A stretch of DNA of 64,000 bases from a virus (IMGVR_UViG_3300049436_000052:137433-201432), one strand, 5' to 3'. Positions 39,508-47,940 are shown, numbered from the stretch's first letter. The notes: generated from the letters alone by a model not told the origin. Program-made: numbers and translations.

Positions 39508-40263
39508 ATGGCAGCAGGTTATACGGTATTTTTTAGTTATTTATTAGAATCAGATTCTGGAAATACAACAGGATTTGGTTATAGTACTGCAATTCATTGT
39601 AATTATATTAATCAGATTTATTTAGATAATATAACCAATAAAGAAGTTAATATATATTTTAATGATGTTGATGATTTTAAATTTCTAAGTACTACTGGAG
39701 ATACTGGATATACAATAAATAAAATATATATTTTAGTACAGTTAATTAACAATTCATTATATTCTAACCTGAGTGATGTAAAACCAACATCAAACGAATG
39801 GAAAAAATATGATGTTACAACTCAAATTAGTGGTTATACAAGTGGACAACTTTTATCAGCAATTGATTTGAGTAGTGTTGTTTTTAAAGTTCCACTGTAT
39901 CTATATTATAATGAAACATTAATGCCAACATATGATTTAAGTTATTTAAATTATCCATTAGTTAGTCAAACAGGAACAACAGCATTAGATACTCCATTAT
40001 GTTTTGGTGATGAACAATATTTTATTGGAAATGTCACAACAGACATTCAAGCAGTCGCATATACAACAGACTTAGTTATAAATTTACCTATAAACGAATT
40101 TAATTCATCAACTAATGAAAGTTGGGATCAAGATAAAGTATATATTACAGAAATTGGATTATACGATTCAAATAAAAATCTTGTTGCAATTGGGAAACTG
40201 AATAACCCACTTCCAAAAGATTCAACAATTTCCCGAACAATTGTATTTGGAATTGATTTCTAA
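39508..40263 (+). CDS. Tail-collar/baseplate-like structural protein
   Basis: C-terminal VYITEIGLYDSNKNLVAIGKLNNPLPK resembles tail-collar fibre (DUF3751-like) motif; GTATTTATT motif at 39496. Confidence 0.65.
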   Translation: MAAGYTVFFSYLLESDSGNTTGFGYSTAIHCNYINQIYLDNITNKEVNIYFNDVDDFKFLSTTGDTGYTINKIYILVQLINNSLYSNLSDVKPTSNEWKKYDVTTQISGYTSGQLLSAIDLSSVVFKVPLYLYYNETLMPTYDLSYLNYPLVSQTGTTALDTPLCFGDEQYFIGNVTTDIQAVAYTTDLVINLPINEFNSSTNESWDQDKVYITEIGLYDSNKNLVAIGKLNNPLPKDSTISRTIVFGIDF

Positions 40264-40331
40264 TCTCGCCCAAAAATAGTTTCAGATAACATTATTATTA
40301 AAGCCAATCCAAATATAATAAATATTATCAT
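40260..40331 (-). CDS. 23-aa hydrophobic micro-peptide (not in track)
   Basis: My translation: MIIFIIFGLALIIMLSETIFGRD*; minus-strand GTATTTATAA at 40342-40351 sits 10 nt upstream. Confidence 0.5.
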   Translation of the reverse strand: MIIFIIFGLALIIMLSETIFGRD

Positions 40332-40341
40332 AAAATTTTTT

Positions 40342-40358
40342 TTATAAATACAAAAATA
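40342..40358 (-). promoter_or_regulatory. Minus-strand GTATTTATAA overlapping a TATTTTTG (TAnnTTTG) element
   Basis: + strand reads TTATAAATAC (40342-40351) and CAAAAATA (40351-40358). Confidence 0.55.
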
Positions 40359-40459
40359 AACAAATTTATCATTATTTTCATTTGATTTATATTTTTTTAT
40401 AAATTCCTAGTATTTATTATAAATCTTTTGAAATTAATTAATTAAAAATATATATAAAA

Positions 40460-40651
40460 ATGAAAAATTTAGAAATTACTGGTGAAATAAAACCAAAATC
40501 AATAATCATTGATGGAATTTTACACAATAAGTTAAAATTATTTTGTAAAGGAAAAAGCCTAAAAATGGGTGGAGTTATTGAGAATTTAATTGAGTTGTAT
40601 TTGAAAAAATCTCAAGAACTTAATAAATTAATTGAAGAAAATAAGGAATAA
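40460..40651 (+). CDS. Ribbon-helix-helix protein
   Basis: KSIIIDGILHNKLKLFCKGKSLKMGGVIENLI; GTATTTATTA variant at 40410. Confidence 0.75.
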   Translation: MKNLEITGEIKPKSIIIDGILHNKLKLFCKGKSLKMGGVIENLIELYLKKSQELNKLIEENKE

Positions 40652-40666
40652 TAAAAAGAATTTAAA

Positions 40667-41278
40667 ATGGAAAATGCCTACATACTTTCACTTGATTTAA
40701 GTACTACAAACATTGGATTTTGTTTATGGTCAGATACAGGAAATTTAATAGAAATGAAACATCTTGAATTAAAAACGCCAAAAGACATTTCTGTCAACAA
40801 TAGGGATATTTATAAAGCACAAATTTTTTTAAATTATGTGAATGATTATAAAAAATATGTTTCTGATTTATTAAATGGTAAAATAATACATATTGTTATT
40901 GAAGAACCTCTATTTGGGAGTAATAATTCATTAACGGTTTCTACTTTAATGAGTTTTAATGGAATTTGTAGGTTTATCCTTTATCAAGTTTTTAATATAT
41001 ATTCTCAAAAAATTTCAATTTATGAAATACGTAAATTAATGTGTCCAGAATTTGTTAACTTAACAAAAGTTAAGGGAGTTATAAAAGAAACACTATCATT
41101 TCCAAAAGGTTGGAAAAGTGAAGAAAAGAAAAAATATATTTGGGAAAAAGTTGCAAGAATGTTACCTGATGCCAAATGGTTTTATAAAAAAAATGGTAAA
41201 GATTTATCTAATCTAAATTATGATTTATCAGATAGTTATGCATGTGGTTATGCATATTTCAAAAAAATAAATAAATAA
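40667..41278 (+). CDS. ruvC: RuvC-like Holliday junction resolvase
   Basis: LSLDLSTTNIG (D), IVIEEP (E), DLSDSYACG (DxxD). Confidence 0.85.
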   Translation: MENAYILSLDLSTTNIGFCLWSDTGNLIEMKHLELKTPKDISVNNRDIYKAQIFLNYVNDYKKYVSDLLNGKIIHIVIEEPLFGSNNSLTVSTLMSFNGICRFILYQVFNIYSQKISIYEIRKLMCPEFVNLTKVKGVIKETLSFPKGWKSEEKKKYIWEKVARMLPDAKWFYKKNGKDLSNLNYDLSDSYACGYAYFKKINK

Positions 41279-41294
41279 TATTAATAATAGTTAT

Positions 41295-41603
41295 TTGAAA
41301 TCCATTTATTTAATCCAATCAATTGAAACTGGTTGCTATAAAATTGGCACATCAAAAAATCCAAATAAAAGAATAGAGAAATTACAAACAGGAAATTCAT
41401 CAAAATTAAAACTTATTTTCACATTCAAATCAGATTTAGCTACTCAAATTGAAAAAATTTTACATAGAAAATATTCACATTTAAAAAGACATGGTGAATG
41501 GTTTGAACTATCATTAAATGAAGAACTTACCTTTATAAAAGATTGTGAATATTTTGAAAAAAATTTAAATATTTTAAAAGAAAATGAAAATTTTTTTAGT
41601 TAA
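41295..41603 (+). CDS. GIY-YIG (T5orf172/Mug113-like) endonuclease
   Basis: SIYLI..CYKIGTSKNPNKRIEKLQTGN..IEKILH..GEWFEL; TTG start. Confidence 0.85.
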   Translation: MKSIYLIQSIETGCYKIGTSKNPNKRIEKLQTGNSSKLKLIFTFKSDLATQIEKILHRKYSHLKRHGEWFELSLNEELTFIKDCEYFEKNLNILKENENFFS

Positions 41604-41605
41604 AA

Positions 41606-41637
41606 TTTGTTAATTGTTTGATTTTGTTTTAATTTTG
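41606..41637 (+). promoter_or_regulatory. Bacteroidota-type primary-sigma promoter
   Basis: TTTG 41606-41609, 20-nt spacer, TAATTTTG 41630-41637. Confidence 0.55.
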
Positions 41638-41668
41638 GGAAAAATAAATTTACTTAAAAGTTAGATAG

Positions 41669-43114
41669 ATGACACCTAATCGAGTACAAAATGCTATAAA
41701 GATTATAGAACATGCAATTAATAATAATATTGGAATTAAGCAAGCAGCTACTGAAATTGGTTTTGGCGAAACATATGTAAAGAATGTGAAATTAGATCTC
41801 TATAAAAGTGTTGAAAGAGGAATAGTTGAACAAAGTGTGTTAAATTCTTTTTTGGAAATATATAAAAAATATCAAGAATCTAAAATTTCAAATTTAACAA
41901 AAAATGAGGAATTGACCACCACACTAAAAACATTTTCATTAAATGATAATTCTACAAAATTAACATTTAAAGAAGATGAAGCAGAATTGGAACATAATAC
42001 AAATTCAAATTACCCACCAAATCACATTAAAACATTAGAAGAATTACTTCAATTTCATAAAATAGATTTGAATTTTTGGAATGTTAAAGAACATACAATT
42101 AATAAATGGGATGTTACTTCATTTAAAAATGATAATCCACAAACAATTCAAAATTTCCAAGTCAAAGCCAGATTAGAAAAAAAAGTAGATCATGTGAAAT
42201 ATAAGCAAGCAGCAGAAGTGTTTCTTGATATGATAAAAAATTATTCCCCACCAACATTCAATTTAGATTATAAAAAATTACCTAATCACCCTGAACATAA
42301 TTTATTAGAAATTTCTATATTCGATTTGCATTTGGGAAAACTTTGTTGGGAAGGAGAAACCGGAGAAAATTATGATGTAAAAATAGCATCAAAAAGATTT
42401 CTTCAGTCAATTAATGAATTGATTCAAGAATCAAAGGGTTTTGAAATTTCTAAAATATTATTTCCAATAGGAAATGATTTTTTTAATTCTGATACAATTA
42501 ATAATACAACAACAAAAGGAACTCAACAAGATGAAGATTTGCGTTGGCAAAAAACGTTTACATTAGGGGTTACTTTATTGGTTGATGGGATAAATTTATT
42601 GAAAACTTTGAACGTTCCAGTGGATGTGTTAATCATACCTGGGAATCATGACTTTTCTAAATCGTATTTTATGGGTTCATATCTTGAAGCATGGTTTAGA
42701 AATGATGAACAAGTAATGGTTAATAATGGAGCATCTCCTAGAAAATATTATAAATTTGGAGAAGTTCTATTAGGTTTTACTCATGGTAATGAAGAAGCCG
42801 AAAATAGTTTACCACTATTAATGGCAACAGAAAAGGAATCTAAACCTATGTGGAGTGAAACTAAATTTCATGAATGGCATTTAGGACATAAACATAGGAA
42901 ATCAAATATAAAGTATAGTGTCTTAAATAAAAATAGAGAACTAAATGAAGATTTAGGAATAATGGTTCGATATTTATCTAGTTTAACTGGAACAGAAGAA
43001 TGGCATCATAGAAAAGGTTTTGTGGGACAAATAAAAGCTGCTGATGGTTTTATTTGGAACAATAAAACAGGATTGAGAGCACATTTAAATACAAATTACA
43101 TTATTGAAAATTAA
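41669..43114 (+). CDS. Calcineurin-like metallophosphoesterase with N-terminal helical/HTH region
   Basis: DLHLG, GNDFFNSD, PGNHD, THGNE, GHKHR. Confidence 0.85.
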   Translation: MTPNRVQNAIKIIEHAINNNIGIKQAATEIGFGETYVKNVKLDLYKSVERGIVEQSVLNSFLEIYKKYQESKISNLTKNEELTTTLKTFSLNDNSTKLTFKEDEAELEHNTNSNYPPNHIKTLEELLQFHKIDLNFWNVKEHTINKWDVTSFKNDNPQTIQNFQVKARLEKKVDHVKYKQAAEVFLDMIKNYSPPTFNLDYKKLPNHPEHNLLEISIFDLHLGKLCWEGETGENYDVKIASKRFLQSINELIQESKGFEISKILFPIGNDFFNSDTINNTTTKGTQQDEDLRWQKTFTLGVTLLVDGINLLKTLNVPVDVLIIPGNHDFSKSYFMGSYLEAWFRNDEQVMVNNGASPRKYYKFGEVLLGFTHGNEEAENSLPLLMATEKESKPMWSETKFHEWHLGHKHRKSNIKYSVLNKNRELNEDLGIMVRYLSSLTGTEEWHHRKGFVGQIKAADGFIWNNKTGLRAHLNTNYIIEN

Positions 43115-43125
43115 TTATATATAAA

Positions 43126-43629
43126 ATGAAAACACAAAGTCTATTAAAAATATCAAAGAGAGGGCGACCACCAAAAGATAAAAAAACTTCTAATGTTGAT
43201 GAAGTAATCACAAAAAACAATATTGATGATGTCGTAAAGAATAAAGTTAATGAACTTTTGACAGATGTTACACAATCAATAAAAGAAAATTTAAAAGAAG
43301 GTGAAACAACTGAAACTAAGATCAAGGAAAGGAAATGGCTTGAAGAACAAGTAACGTTACTTTCAGAAGAAAATGAAAAACTTAGACAACATGTTGCTTA
43401 TTTAACAAATGAATATCAACCAACAGAAGAAAATATTAACAATGAAAATAAAAGAGCAAACGATGAAGGAATCATGAAAAATGTGATTGATTTTTTCAAC
43501 GATTTTCAAACAAATTATATTCCAGGTGTTGATCCCAATGGAAGACCAAATATGATTATTTGGCCATTGCCATTTGTAAATAGAATGATTGGATATTTTC
43601 CATTTTTAGGACAACATAGAAGAATTTAA
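43126..43629 (+). CDS. Hypothetical coiled-coil protein
   Basis: 167 aa; heptad segment LEEQVTLLSEENEKLRQHV. Confidence 0.7.
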   Translation: MKTQSLLKISKRGRPPKDKKTSNVDEVITKNNIDDVVKNKVNELLTDVTQSIKENLKEGETTETKIKERKWLEEQVTLLSEENEKLRQHVAYLTNEYQPTEENINNENKRANDEGIMKNVIDFFNDFQTNYIPGVDPNGRPNMIIWPLPFVNRMIGYFPFLGQHRRI

Positions 43630-43641
43630 AATAAACAAATT

Positions 43642-43779
43642 ATGATACAAATAATTTATGTTTGGATACTATTAACTATAATTAGTCTATTTTTATTTGG
43701 AATTTCTTATTATTTCAATTGGAAAATGAAATTGCAAAAAATATTCATGATTTTATTTTATTTTATAGTATTTTTTTAG
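43642..43779 (+). CDS. Small membrane protein, possibly extended to 43817 by -1 frameshift
   Basis: MIQIIYVWILLTIISLFLFGISYYFNWKMKLQKIFMILFYFIVFF*; stop follows a T7 run. Confidence 0.5.
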   Translation: MIQIIYVWILLTIISLFLFGISYYFNWKMKLQKIFMILFYFIVFF

Positions 43780-43866
43780 GAGGATTTGCGCTTGTTTTAA
43801 ATTTAGGTTTAATTTAAAATTATATTTTATATTTTGACGTTTTTTTACAATTGAATTCGATAAATA

Positions 43867-44952
43867 ATGGTTCAAAATCCAGAAATTCAAAGTATTGTAA
43901 AAAATACTTTTAATGAGGTTAAAAATTATTTGAAGTCAGATCAGATTTCCGTTAATTGTCCTCGTTGTGCAGAAGAAAATGGAGGAATTATTGATGGTAA
44001 GTTTAATCTCGAAATAAATACGAAAAAGAACCTGTTTCGTTGCTGGAAGTGTTCGAATCCTTACTTTTCCGGTTCATTGAAAAAATTGTTGAGATTATAT
44101 GCAACAAGATCTAACTATGAATTGTATAAATCATATGTAGGTAATAATTATTTTTTCGGAAATGGTGAAATTGATATAGACTACGAAGATTTATGGATTG
44201 AATTGCCAAAAGAAGTGATATTATTTTCACAAATGGATTATACAAATCCAAGCCATTTAGAGGCTTATAATTATTTAATACTTGATAGAAAATTAAATCA
44301 AGAAATAATTTTTAAATTTAGACTTGGTTTTTGTTTAGAAGGAAGATACACAAAAAGAATTATATTTCCTTCTTATGATGAGAATGGTATTGTTAATTAT
44401 TTTGTTGCAAGAAATTATGACCTAAAAAATAAAAAGAAATCTCCATATGATAATCCTAAATATGGAAAAGATAAAATTATATTTAATGAAGGTTATATTA
44501 ATTGGGATTCATCAATTTATTTAGTTGAGGGGGTTTTTGAGTTAGCAACATTCCCAATAAATACAATACCATTATTAGGAAAAAAACTGTCAACAACGCT
44601 ATTTAAAAAATTAAATGAGTTAAAACCAAATATAGTTATATTATTAGATCCTGATGCACATAAAGATGCTGTTGAATTATATTATCAACTATATTCAATA
44701 TACATTGGACAAGAAGAAAAAATTAAAATTATAAAATTACCATATGAAAAAGATTTAGATTTGATTAGAAAGAATAAAGGTATTGATGATGTTATTAAAT
44801 GTTTGTACAATGCCAGAACTCTAACTATCGATGATTATTTTAGTAAAAAGTTAGTTAATTTAAATGACGGAAGAAATTCAAACAGAAAATTCCAAGATTA
44901 TTCAAAATATTCTGAATGGGGGAGATCTGGAAGCACAAAATCATTTATATGA
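43867..44952 (+). CDS. dnaG: DnaG-type primase
   Basis: CPRC..CWKC zinc finger; RIIFP..G.VNYFVARN; YLVEG; LLDPDA TOPRIM. Confidence 0.9.
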   Translation: MVQNPEIQSIVKNTFNEVKNYLKSDQISVNCPRCAEENGGIIDGKFNLEINTKKNLFRCWKCSNPYFSGSLKKLLRLYATRSNYELYKSYVGNNYFFGNGEIDIDYEDLWIELPKEVILFSQMDYTNPSHLEAYNYLILDRKLNQEIIFKFRLGFCLEGRYTKRIIFPSYDENGIVNYFVARNYDLKNKKKSPYDNPKYGKDKIIFNEGYINWDSSIYLVEGVFELATFPINTIPLLGKKLSTTLFKKLNELKPNIVILLDPDAHKDAVELYYQLYSIYIGQEEKIKIIKLPYEKDLDLIRKNKGIDDVIKCLYNARTLTIDDYFSKKLVNLNDGRNSNRKFQDYSKYSEWGRSGSTKSFI

Positions 44953-45457
44953 AATTTGTAAAAATAATATTGAAGCATATTTGAAATATAAATATCCTAA
45001 ATATATTGATTATGATGATGATGTTTCTGAAATAATTACAAAAATATTTGATAATTTAAATTTATTTGATCAGAATAGATCAAATCTTAAAACATGGATT
45101 ATTTCAATAACAAATAACCATATAATTGATAAATGGAGAGATAATAAAATTTCATCAATAAAACAAAATAAAAAAAATAATCAAACAATTTCTGAAGATA
45201 TTAATGAAACATTTTTTAGTAGTAGTTCTACAACACAAACGAATAAAAATATTGATTTTGAAACGAAAGACCTTGTAAATTATTTATATTCTCAAATCTC
45301 ATATCCAGATTGTGAATTGTTAGATATGAAATATGTTCAAGGCTATACGCACGAAGAAATTGGGAATAAATTTAATTTAAGTAGTGCAACAATTTCAAAT
45401 AGAATTAATTATATTAAATCAAAGTTGAAAAAGAATAATAAGGATTTGTTAAAATAA
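44864..45457 (+). CDS. ECF-type RNA polymerase sigma factor
   Basis: Region 2: DDVSEIITKIFDNL..FD..SNLKTWIISITNNHIIDKWR; region 4: MKYVQGYTHEEIG..LSSATISNRI. Confidence 0.85.
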   Translation: MTEEIQTENSKIIQNILNGGDLEAQNHLYEICKNNIEAYLKYKYPKYIDYDDDVSEIITKIFDNLNLFDQNRSNLKTWIISITNNHIIDKWRDNKISSIKQNKKNNQTISEDINETFFSSSSTTQTNKNIDFETKDLVNYLYSQISYPDCELLDMKYVQGYTHEEIGNKFNLSSATISNRINYIKSKLKKNNKDLLK

Positions 45458-45464
45458 AAAAATA

Positions 45465-45878
45465 ATGGAAAATTACACTCCGAAAGTTCATGAAAACGGT
45501 AAATATGTTGAAATGCTTATAGAAGCCAAAAAATGTAAATGCTGTGAAAAGATTATGATTCCAGAACTTGGATACCACTCCATTTTTCCAAAATTTAATA
45601 GGATAAATCAAGAAGCACAAATGAAAGCAGGTGGATTTGTTTATAGTACAAGCACTTTGGTTGATGATAAGCCTATTTGTTTGGAATGTGAACAAGCAGG
45701 AAAAGCAGATTTTTTATGTCAATTATGTAATGAAAGAAAAACTTCTGATAAGAAAGAAGAATCATTTGGTTATCCTTCTGATTTTTTGTGTAAAGATTGT
45801 TATGAAACAAAATCTGCCAAAATTTGGGATGAAAAGTGTAATGAATTGATGAGAAAACATCAATATGATTTTGAATAG
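45465..45878 (+). CDS. Cys-rich (multi-CxxC) hypothetical protein
   Basis: CKCC, CLEC, CQLC, CKDC. Confidence 0.7.
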   Translation: MENYTPKVHENGKYVEMLIEAKKCKCCEKIMIPELGYHSIFPKFNRINQEAQMKAGGFVYSTSTLVDDKPICLECEQAGKADFLCQLCNERKTSDKKEESFGYPSDFLCKDCYETKSAKIWDEKCNELMRKHQYDFE

Positions 45879-45955
45879 TACAACAATTTAAAATATAATT
45901 AATTATATTAAATCAAAATTGAAAAAAAAATAAGGATTTATTTAAATAAGAAAAT

Positions 45956-46354
45956 ATGAAAAATTTAATAAGTATTGAACCAATAGCAGTGAAGGATAAA
46001 AATGATGTTGTTAAAGCATTGACAATTCTTGAAAAAATTGGTATTAAAAGGATGACTGAAGAACAAAAGAAAAATTATCTTGCTGATGAAACAAGAACTG
46101 TTGATAATAATTTTATGATTCAAGAAGATGATGGTGGGTTTAGAATACAATCACATTATATTGGATTTGGAATATCTTTGGAAAGTCTTGAAAAACAAGT
46201 TAACGATATACTTGAAAAGCATCCAAATATTTGTGATAAAATTAATGAAATTCTTGATAAAAAAGAACAACTTACTAAACAGATTAATGATATAAAAGAA
46301 AATATTGATGTTCTAAATAAAAATATATCAATGATTGAGTTAAAAGAAAATTAG
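45956..46354 (+). CDS. Hypothetical protein with C-terminal coiled coil
   Basis: 132 aa. Confidence 0.7.
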   Translation: MKNLISIEPIAVKDKNDVVKALTILEKIGIKRMTEEQKKNYLADETRTVDNNFMIQEDDGGFRIQSHYIGFGISLESLEKQVNDILEKHPNICDKINEILDKKEQLTKQINDIKENIDVLNKNISMIELKEN

Positions 46355-46360
46355 AAAAAT

Positions 46361-46750
46361 ATGAAATATAAACTAAATGGATTAAATGAATTGAGTAAAC
46401 AATTTAATAGTTTTGTTGTAGAAATGGGTTTTGATAATAATGACATACCACTTAGAATAGCACTTATACATTCCGAAGTATCAGAAGCTTTTGAAGCTTA
46501 TCGTAAAGATAAATATGCTAATATTAATAAATATAATGAAAATGTTATATCTATTGATAAATCAGATGAAAAGTTTAAAGAACTATTTGAAAATACGATG
46601 AAAGATTCATTTGAAGATGAGTTGGCAGATTCAATCATTAGATTACTTGATTTATGCGGTAAATTGAATATTAATATTGAAAAGCATATTGAATTAAAAA
46701 TGAGGTATAATGAAATGCGTGGTTATAAATTTGGCGGTAAAAAATTTTAA
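46361..46750 (+). CDS. MazG-like (all-alpha NTP pyrophosphohydrolase) protein
   Basis: IALIHSEVSEAFEA ... FEDELADSIIRLLDL. Confidence 0.85.
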   Translation: MKYKLNGLNELSKQFNSFVVEMGFDNNDIPLRIALIHSEVSEAFEAYRKDKYANINKYNENVISIDKSDEKFKELFENTMKDSFEDELADSIIRLLDLCGKLNINIEKHIELKMRYNEMRGYKFGGKKF

Positions 46751-47048
46751 ATAAAATAGAAAAAACTAAAAAACAAAAATAATAGGATGATTACAATAAT
46801 AGTAGAAAGAGATAAAACTTGTAAAATGGCAAGAGTTAGTGATGGTGTTGGGAATGGGATGGAAGGAAATTTTTGGGATTTTCATAATGGTTGTCATGGA
46901 TTATATAAGTTTGGTGAATTTAATACAGTAACCGAATTTGCTCATGTCCTCAAAAAATTTCATGAAGCAAATGGTGAAAAGGTAAAAATCATTAACTCTG
47001 ATTATAAATGGAATGCTTGATTATAAGTTTGGTGGTAAGAATTTTTAA
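46709..47048 (+). repeat. 42-bp imperfect direct repeat (35/42) at 46709-46750 and 47007-47048
   Basis: AATGAAATGCGTGGTTATAAATTTGGCGGTAAAAAATTTTAA vs AATGGAATGCTTGATTATAAGTTTGGTGGTAAGAATTTTTAA. Confidence 0.85.
46787..47020 (+). CDS. Hypothetical protein between the direct repeats
   Basis: 77 aa; EGNFWDFHNGCHG. Confidence 0.75.
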   Translation: MITIIVERDKTCKMARVSDGVGNGMEGNFWDFHNGCHGLYKFGEFNTVTEFAHVLKKFHEANGEKVKIINSDYKWNA

Positions 47049-47088
47049 CAAAATTAAAAATTAATATGAGTATTATTATAAATAAATT

Positions 47089-47418
47089 ATGGAAATAAAA
47101 ACGATTACAATTGATGGACAAGATTTTTTCCTTGTACCTAAATGTGAAACAAAAACAGATTTAGATGTTCTTATTGAACCAATTGAACAAAAGATTAAAA
47201 AAATATTCTATGTGAAAACACGATATATGTGGGGTAAAGAATATGACCAAAACCTTATTGATGGTAAGGATAAAGATGGTGGGTGGTGGAAATATCGTAG
47301 AGAAGAATGGGAAAATGGTGATTTCACTTGGATTAGAATGTTTGGTGGTGAAGTTGAAGCGAGAAAAGAAGATGTTGTTGTTTTGGAAAGTTGGTATCAA
47401 AGAACGATTAAACCATAA
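47089..47418 (+). CDS. Hypothetical protein
   Basis: 109 aa, Trp-rich C-terminal half. Confidence 0.7.
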   Translation: MEIKTITIDGQDFFLVPKCETKTDLDVLIEPIEQKIKKIFYVKTRYMWGKEYDQNLIDGKDKDGGWWKYRREEWENGDFTWIRMFGGEVEARKEDVVVLESWYQRTIKP

Positions 47419-47471
47419 TTTTTTAAAGTTTTTCGCAGAGAACTATGATTGAAACACGATTGTAGTATTGT

Positions 47472-47602
47472 GTTTAACGTAAAATGTATGGTGTCGTGGC
47501 TGCCTTTAATCGAAGCCACATAGTTTCAAAACTTAACAACTTTAAATATGGAAAACGAACTTTCAAAAACAGAGCAGCCATGCACTATACATAATGTTAG
47601 TA
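47472..47602 (+). mobile_element. Integron attC-like site
   Basis: GTTTAAC (RYYYAAC, 47472-47478) ... GTTAGTA (47596-47602); arms AACGTAAAATGTATGGTGTCGTGGCTGC and GCAGCCATGCACTATACATAATGTT are imperfectly complementary with bulges. Confidence 0.65.
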
Positions 47603-47916
47603 GTAGTACGGGTTGGGAGACAACTGATTTTATGTACGGAATTAAAGTATTACTTTCTGAAAAGCCAAAAGATAAAAGTTTACTAAAAGCTATCGAGGAG
47701 CTTGGGGAACTTTTGGTTAAATTATTGCAATACCTAAACAAACCAGAATCTATAAGCGAAGGTGATATTGAAGAAGAAATTGCAGATTGTGAAATGCAAT
47801 TTCATATTCTTAACAACTATTTCCCAGTTCCTCAAAGTATAAGAGAAAGGAAGATTGATAAATTTTTACAATCAAAAGATTATAAGCAGTACAAAACTAA
47901 ATACGAAGGTAAATAG
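47548..47916 (+). CDS. Second MazG-like protein, with an N-terminal leader encoded inside the attC-like site
   Basis: KAIEELGELL ... IEEEIADC; leader MENELSKTEQPCTIHNVSSS. Confidence 0.8.
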   Translation: MENELSKTEQPCTIHNVSSSTGWETTDFMYGIKVLLSEKPKDKSLLKAIEELGELLVKLLQYLNKPESISEGDIEEEIADCEMQFHILNNYFPVPQSIRERKIDKFLQSKDYKQYKTKYEGK

Positions 47917-47940
47917 TATTACTGCTAACTATTATATATA

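Noticed and set aside
40667-41278. RuvC protein as TnpB/Cas12/Fanzor-like RNA-guided nuclease
   Set aside because: Only 203 aa, contiguous RuvC motifs, no zinc finger or REC/WED region, and no room for a guide RNA downstream
47445-47478. An empty second cassette upstream of the attC (AAACACGAT / ATTGTGTTT hairpin)
   Set aside because: Only 8/9 pairing and no canonical GTT start; could be chance in AT-rich DNA
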